Assembly (NCBI GenBank): GCA_944320495.1
Contig: CALUHR010000003.1
Span: 1-64,000, forward strand
DNA length: 64,000 nucleotides
Source: Candidatus Methanomethylophilaceae archaeon
Lineage (GTDB): Archaea > Thermoplasmatota > Thermoplasmata > Methanomassiliicoccales > Methanomethylophilaceae
Direction: 5' to 3'
The notes under the pieces were generated by a model. It was not told the DNA's origin, did not search any database, and saw only the letters and a list, made by a program, of their open reading frames with translations. Within the stretch, counting starts at the first letter, position 1; each line of letters begins with the position of its first letter. Position numbers and translations under genes: made by a program. Of the stretch, positions 60,903 to 64,000 are shown in pieces.

Positions 60903-62165
60903 ATGACAGTCAAAGAATCGGTGACATCCGACGCCCTCGTGGTGGATGCGCCAACGTGCAGGGACGACTGCTCCGCCACCAGGGTCCTGCTGCAGGACCA
61001 GGCCAGGACCGTCGTCTTCCAGGACCTCGACGGCGGCAGGGCCGTGGGCAACAGGTTCTCCACCAGGGAGAAGATGGCCGCGGCGCTGAACATCCCCAAG
61101 GACGGCATCGTCAACCACATCCTCGAGGCGGTCAACCACCCGATCCCCTGCGAGGTCGTCGACGACCCGGAGTTCGCCGCATGCGAGCTGCCCCTGGACC
61201 TCACCGCCCTGCCCATCCCCAAGTACTTCCCGGAGGACGGCGGCAGGTACGTGACCTCGGGAATCGTGGTCACCGAGTTCGAGGGCTACAGGAACGTCTC
61301 CTTCCACAGGATGATGATCATGGACGAGAGGCACATCGCCATCAGGCTGGTGCCCCGCCACCTGTTCACCATCCACCGCATGGCGAAGGAGAAGGGACAG
61401 GAGCTCGGGATCACCATCTGCATCGGCGCACAGGCCGAGGTGCTGCTCGCCGCCGCGACGTCGATGGACTTCGGCGCCGACGAGCTCGAGGTCGCCTCCG
61501 CGATGCACAAGGCCGGACACGGCACCCCGCTCAGGGTCGGACGCTGCGCCAACGGCCTCCTCGTGCCCGCCGACACCGACTACGTGATCGAGGGGAGGAT
61601 AACACTCGAGGAGACCAAAGAGGGTCCGTTCGTGGACATCACCGGCACCTACGACTTCGAGAGGCAGCAGCCGGTCATCGAGGTCGACAGGATCACCTCG
61701 TGCAAGGATCCGATGATGCACCTCCTCCTGCCCGGAGGATGGGAGCACTACCTCCTCATGGGACTCCCCAGGGAGCCCATGATCCTCAAGGCCGTGAGGC
61801 AGGCCGTGCCCGGCGTGAGGAACGTCAGGCTCACCGAGGGCGGATGCTGCTGGCTTAACGGAGTGGTCTCGATCAGGAGGAACAAGGCGGGCGACGGGGT
61901 CAACGCCGGCATGGCCGCCCTGTCAGGTCACACATCCATGAAGCAGGTCATCGTCGTGGACGAGGACATCGACATCTTCGACGACCGCGAGGTCGAATGG
62001 GCGGTCGCCACCAGGATGCAGGCGGACCGCATCGTGAAGATCCCCGGAGCCGCCGGATCCTCGCTGGACCCCAGCTCCCACGGGGGGACGACCTGGAAGG
62101 TCATAATCGACGCGACGATCCCGCCCGAGGCGGACCTGTCGCTTTACAAGAAGGCAACGCTCTGA
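60903..62165 (+). CDS. UbiD family (prFMN-dependent) decarboxylase
   Basis: DLTALPIP....EDGG.Y, NVSFHRM, EGPFVD.TG.YD, VVDEDID, IDAT.P. Confidence 0.9.
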   Translation: MTVKESVTSDALVVDAPTCRDDCSATRVLLQDQARTVVFQDLDGGRAVGNRFSTREKMAAALNIPKDGIVNHILEAVNHPIPCEVVDDPEFAACELPLDLTALPIPKYFPEDGGRYVTSGIVVTEFEGYRNVSFHRMMIMDERHIAIRLVPRHLFTIHRMAKEKGQELGITICIGAQAEVLLAAATSMDFGADELEVASAMHKAGHGTPLRVGRCANGLLVPADTDYVIEGRITLEETKEGPFVDITGTYDFERQQPVIEVDRITSCKDPMMHLLLPGGWEHYLLMGLPREPMILKAVRQAVPGVRNVRLTEGGCCWLNGVVSIRRNKAGDGVNAGMAALSGHTSMKQVIVVDEDIDIFDDREVEWAVATRMQADRIVKIPGAAGSSLDPSSHGGTTWKVIIDATIPPEADLSLYKKATL

Positions 62166-62210
62166 GCGCCTTCCGGGGGCCGTCTTCGGACGGCTCCCTC
62201 AAACCCAGAT

Positions 62211-62480
62211 TCGGTCCTCGGCCTCTGTCGAGTCAGCGGAGGGCATCGCGACATTCTGCATCAGGAGCTGGCCCTTGTCGGTCAGCACGAGGACGTCGTC
62301 GGCGTACTCCATGTAGCCTATCGTGATTATCGTGTGGACGCTCTTGGATGCGCGGTAGTCGCCCTCGACCCTGTCGCGCGACCATCCCGCGTACCTGCGG
62401 ACATCCTTCTGGAGGGACGACACGTACCTCGGACGATCCATCCGCGGTTCGGCGTTCCTCCTGCGTAGAGTGAATCTCAT
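62211..62480 (-). CDS. Hypothetical protein
   Basis: ORF from ATG 62480; CGA at 62211-13 or TGA at 62199. Confidence 0.5.
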
Positions 62481-62672
62481 TCCATCCCGTGTTACCCAGT
62501 TTTTAATACTATAAAAAACCAAGGCATGGAGCTACACACCGCCTACAATGCTCGGTCTACGGAAACTAGAGTGTACTAAGCTAGAATGACCGAAGAACGA
62601 TGCGTCCCCGGCTTTTACGCGTGATGCGACGGGCATCCGCACCGCGCTCGTCGCGGTGGGAGATGCGATAGA

Positions 62673-64000
62673 ATGCAGAAGAGCACAGCGGCGGTATGCC
62701 TGGCGATGGTCATGCTCACCATGACCCTCGTCATGGGTGCCGCACCGCCGATGGAGGCTGAGCCGACGGAGTTCACGGACTACGAGCTCGACATATCGTC
62801 GGTCACCAGCAACTACACCAAGAGGGAGATCGGCGGGATAGAGTACAACGTGATGGTCTCGGCGAGTCCGGGCGAATACACGAACAAGACGAACTTCTCG
62901 TCCGATTACATGATCCTGAAGGTCAGCGAGGTCGATTGGAGCAGCTTCAACGGCACGGACATCGACGAGGTGGTCCTGACGACCTACGTGAAGAAGGTCG
63001 ACGACTACGCCTTCGCGAACACCTCGGACCTTCACACCTTCACAACGCACGGCAACGTCACCGCCACATACGCGGCGAAGTCCTTCGACGGGGACCAGAA
63101 TACCCTGAAGGTCTTCGACCTCAGGTCCCACGGCACCATAGACACCAGCGGGGACTTCTACAAGGAGTACAGGGGAGCCGTCATCATCGACGGCCCGAGC
63201 GACATACCGTCCGGATTCAACTACGGCAGGATAGTCGACGTCTCCGGCGTCACCAAGAACGAGCTCTACCACATCAGCCACAACCCGGACACCGGCAAGC
63301 TGAGGATCCAGTACGTCGGCCACGGGCTGCTGCAGTGCACCGACGACACCGGCAAGGTGACCATGCCCGACAGCACCGTCGAGTCCTACGGGAACATGCT
63401 GGAGTTCTCATACTCCGGCAAGCGCATGGACATCGGCTACGTCACGGCGAACATCGACTTCGGAGCCTTCGGCATCGGGACGAGGGGCATCCAGCTGAAG
63501 CAGTACGACAACGCCCTGCCCGTCCCCGAGGGATACAACATCGACGGCGGGTTCCGCGGATGGAGCATCAACGGCATAGACGTCGGGACCTCCCTGGACA
63601 TAGACGAGTACCAGAGGATCGTCGAATCGGGGGCTCAGACCCTGACGGCGGTGCCCATCATAGAGACGTACACCATCTCCTTCGACCTGTCCGGCCTCCC
63701 CTCCGGGGAGAGCGCGACACTGCAGCCCATGACCCTCACCGGCACCGGGACCTACCCGCAGCTGCAGAGCGAGCACTACCATGTGGTGAACTGGAGCGTC
63801 GACGGGACCATGCACGCCCCAGGCAGCGCTATCACCGACCTGAGGGACCACACCGCCGTCGCGGTGTGGGAGGTCAGGCCCGACTGCCACTACCAGGTCA
63901 GATACCTGAACGTGGATTCCTCGATCGCTGGCGACGAAGGCACCAAGCCCTACGGCACCGTGATGTCCATAGGCGACCTGATACCGAAGGGCGAGACGCA
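62673..64000 (+). CDS. Large secreted surface/adhesin-like protein (partial; LRR_5-like and InlB B-repeat-like segments)
   Basis: Signal peptide MQKSTAAVCLAMVML..., VDDYAFANT, GFRGWS, TYTISFD, NWSVDG; frame open to the window end. Confidence 0.75.
   Translation, partial: MQKSTAAVCLAMVMLTMTLVMGAAPPMEAEPTEFTDYELDISSVTSNYTKREIGGIEYNVMVSASPGEYTNKTNFSSDYMILKVSEVDWSSFNGTDIDEVVLTTYVKKVDDYAFANTSDLHTFTTHGNVTATYAAKSFDGDQNTLKVFDLRSHGTIDTSGDFYKEYRGAVIIDGPSDIPSGFNYGRIVDVSGVTKNELYHISHNPDTGKLRIQYVGHGLLQCTDDTGKVTMPDSTVESYGNMLEFSYSGKRMDIGYVTANIDFGAFGIGTRGIQLKQYDNALPVPEGYNIDGGFRGWSINGIDVGTSLDIDEYQRIVESGAQTLTAVPIIETYTISFDLSGLPSGESATLQPMTLTGTGTYPQLQSEHYHVVNWSVDGTMHAPGSAITDLRDHTAVAVWEVRPDCHYQVRYLNVDSSIAGDEGTKPYGTVMSIGDLIPKGET

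Noticed and set aside
58898-61858. 986-aa FeoB fusion protein
   Set aside because: The extension is an off-frame shadow of ubiD; FeoB homology ends at the CGA CGA at 60848.

Overview
GC-rich archaeal chromosome segment. Gene content (two mtmBC sets with in-frame TAG, archaeal aspS, dnaG, FBP aldolase/phosphatase, rib operon, mptD, trm1) points to a methylamine-using methanogen, most likely Methanomassiliicoccales (inference). Main observations: (1) About 11 genes reach a CGA codon at their expected 3' end (nadA, feoB, mtmB2, an SMR, an MFS, a PLD protein and others). Several sit in tight layouts that normally contain TGA (CGATG stop/start overlap, convergent CGA|TCG and TGA|TCG). I found no internal in-frame CGA in about 20 genes read codon by codon, and no gene I called ends in TAG. 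This suggests a genetic code with TAG = pyrrolysine and CGA = stop, or C-to-U edited stops. (2) A 9 kb integrated element (6329-15374, 23-bp direct repeats, non-tRNA target) encodes a tyrosine integrase, a rolling-circle Rep, a Lamassu-like pair and an HpaII-like RM system with Vsr. Its att site appears to lie inside rep, so a full start-to-stop Rep frame exists only in the excised circle. (3) The second corrinoid gene (mtmC2) has its own in-frame TAG. All calls were made by eye from motifs; no database searches were run.
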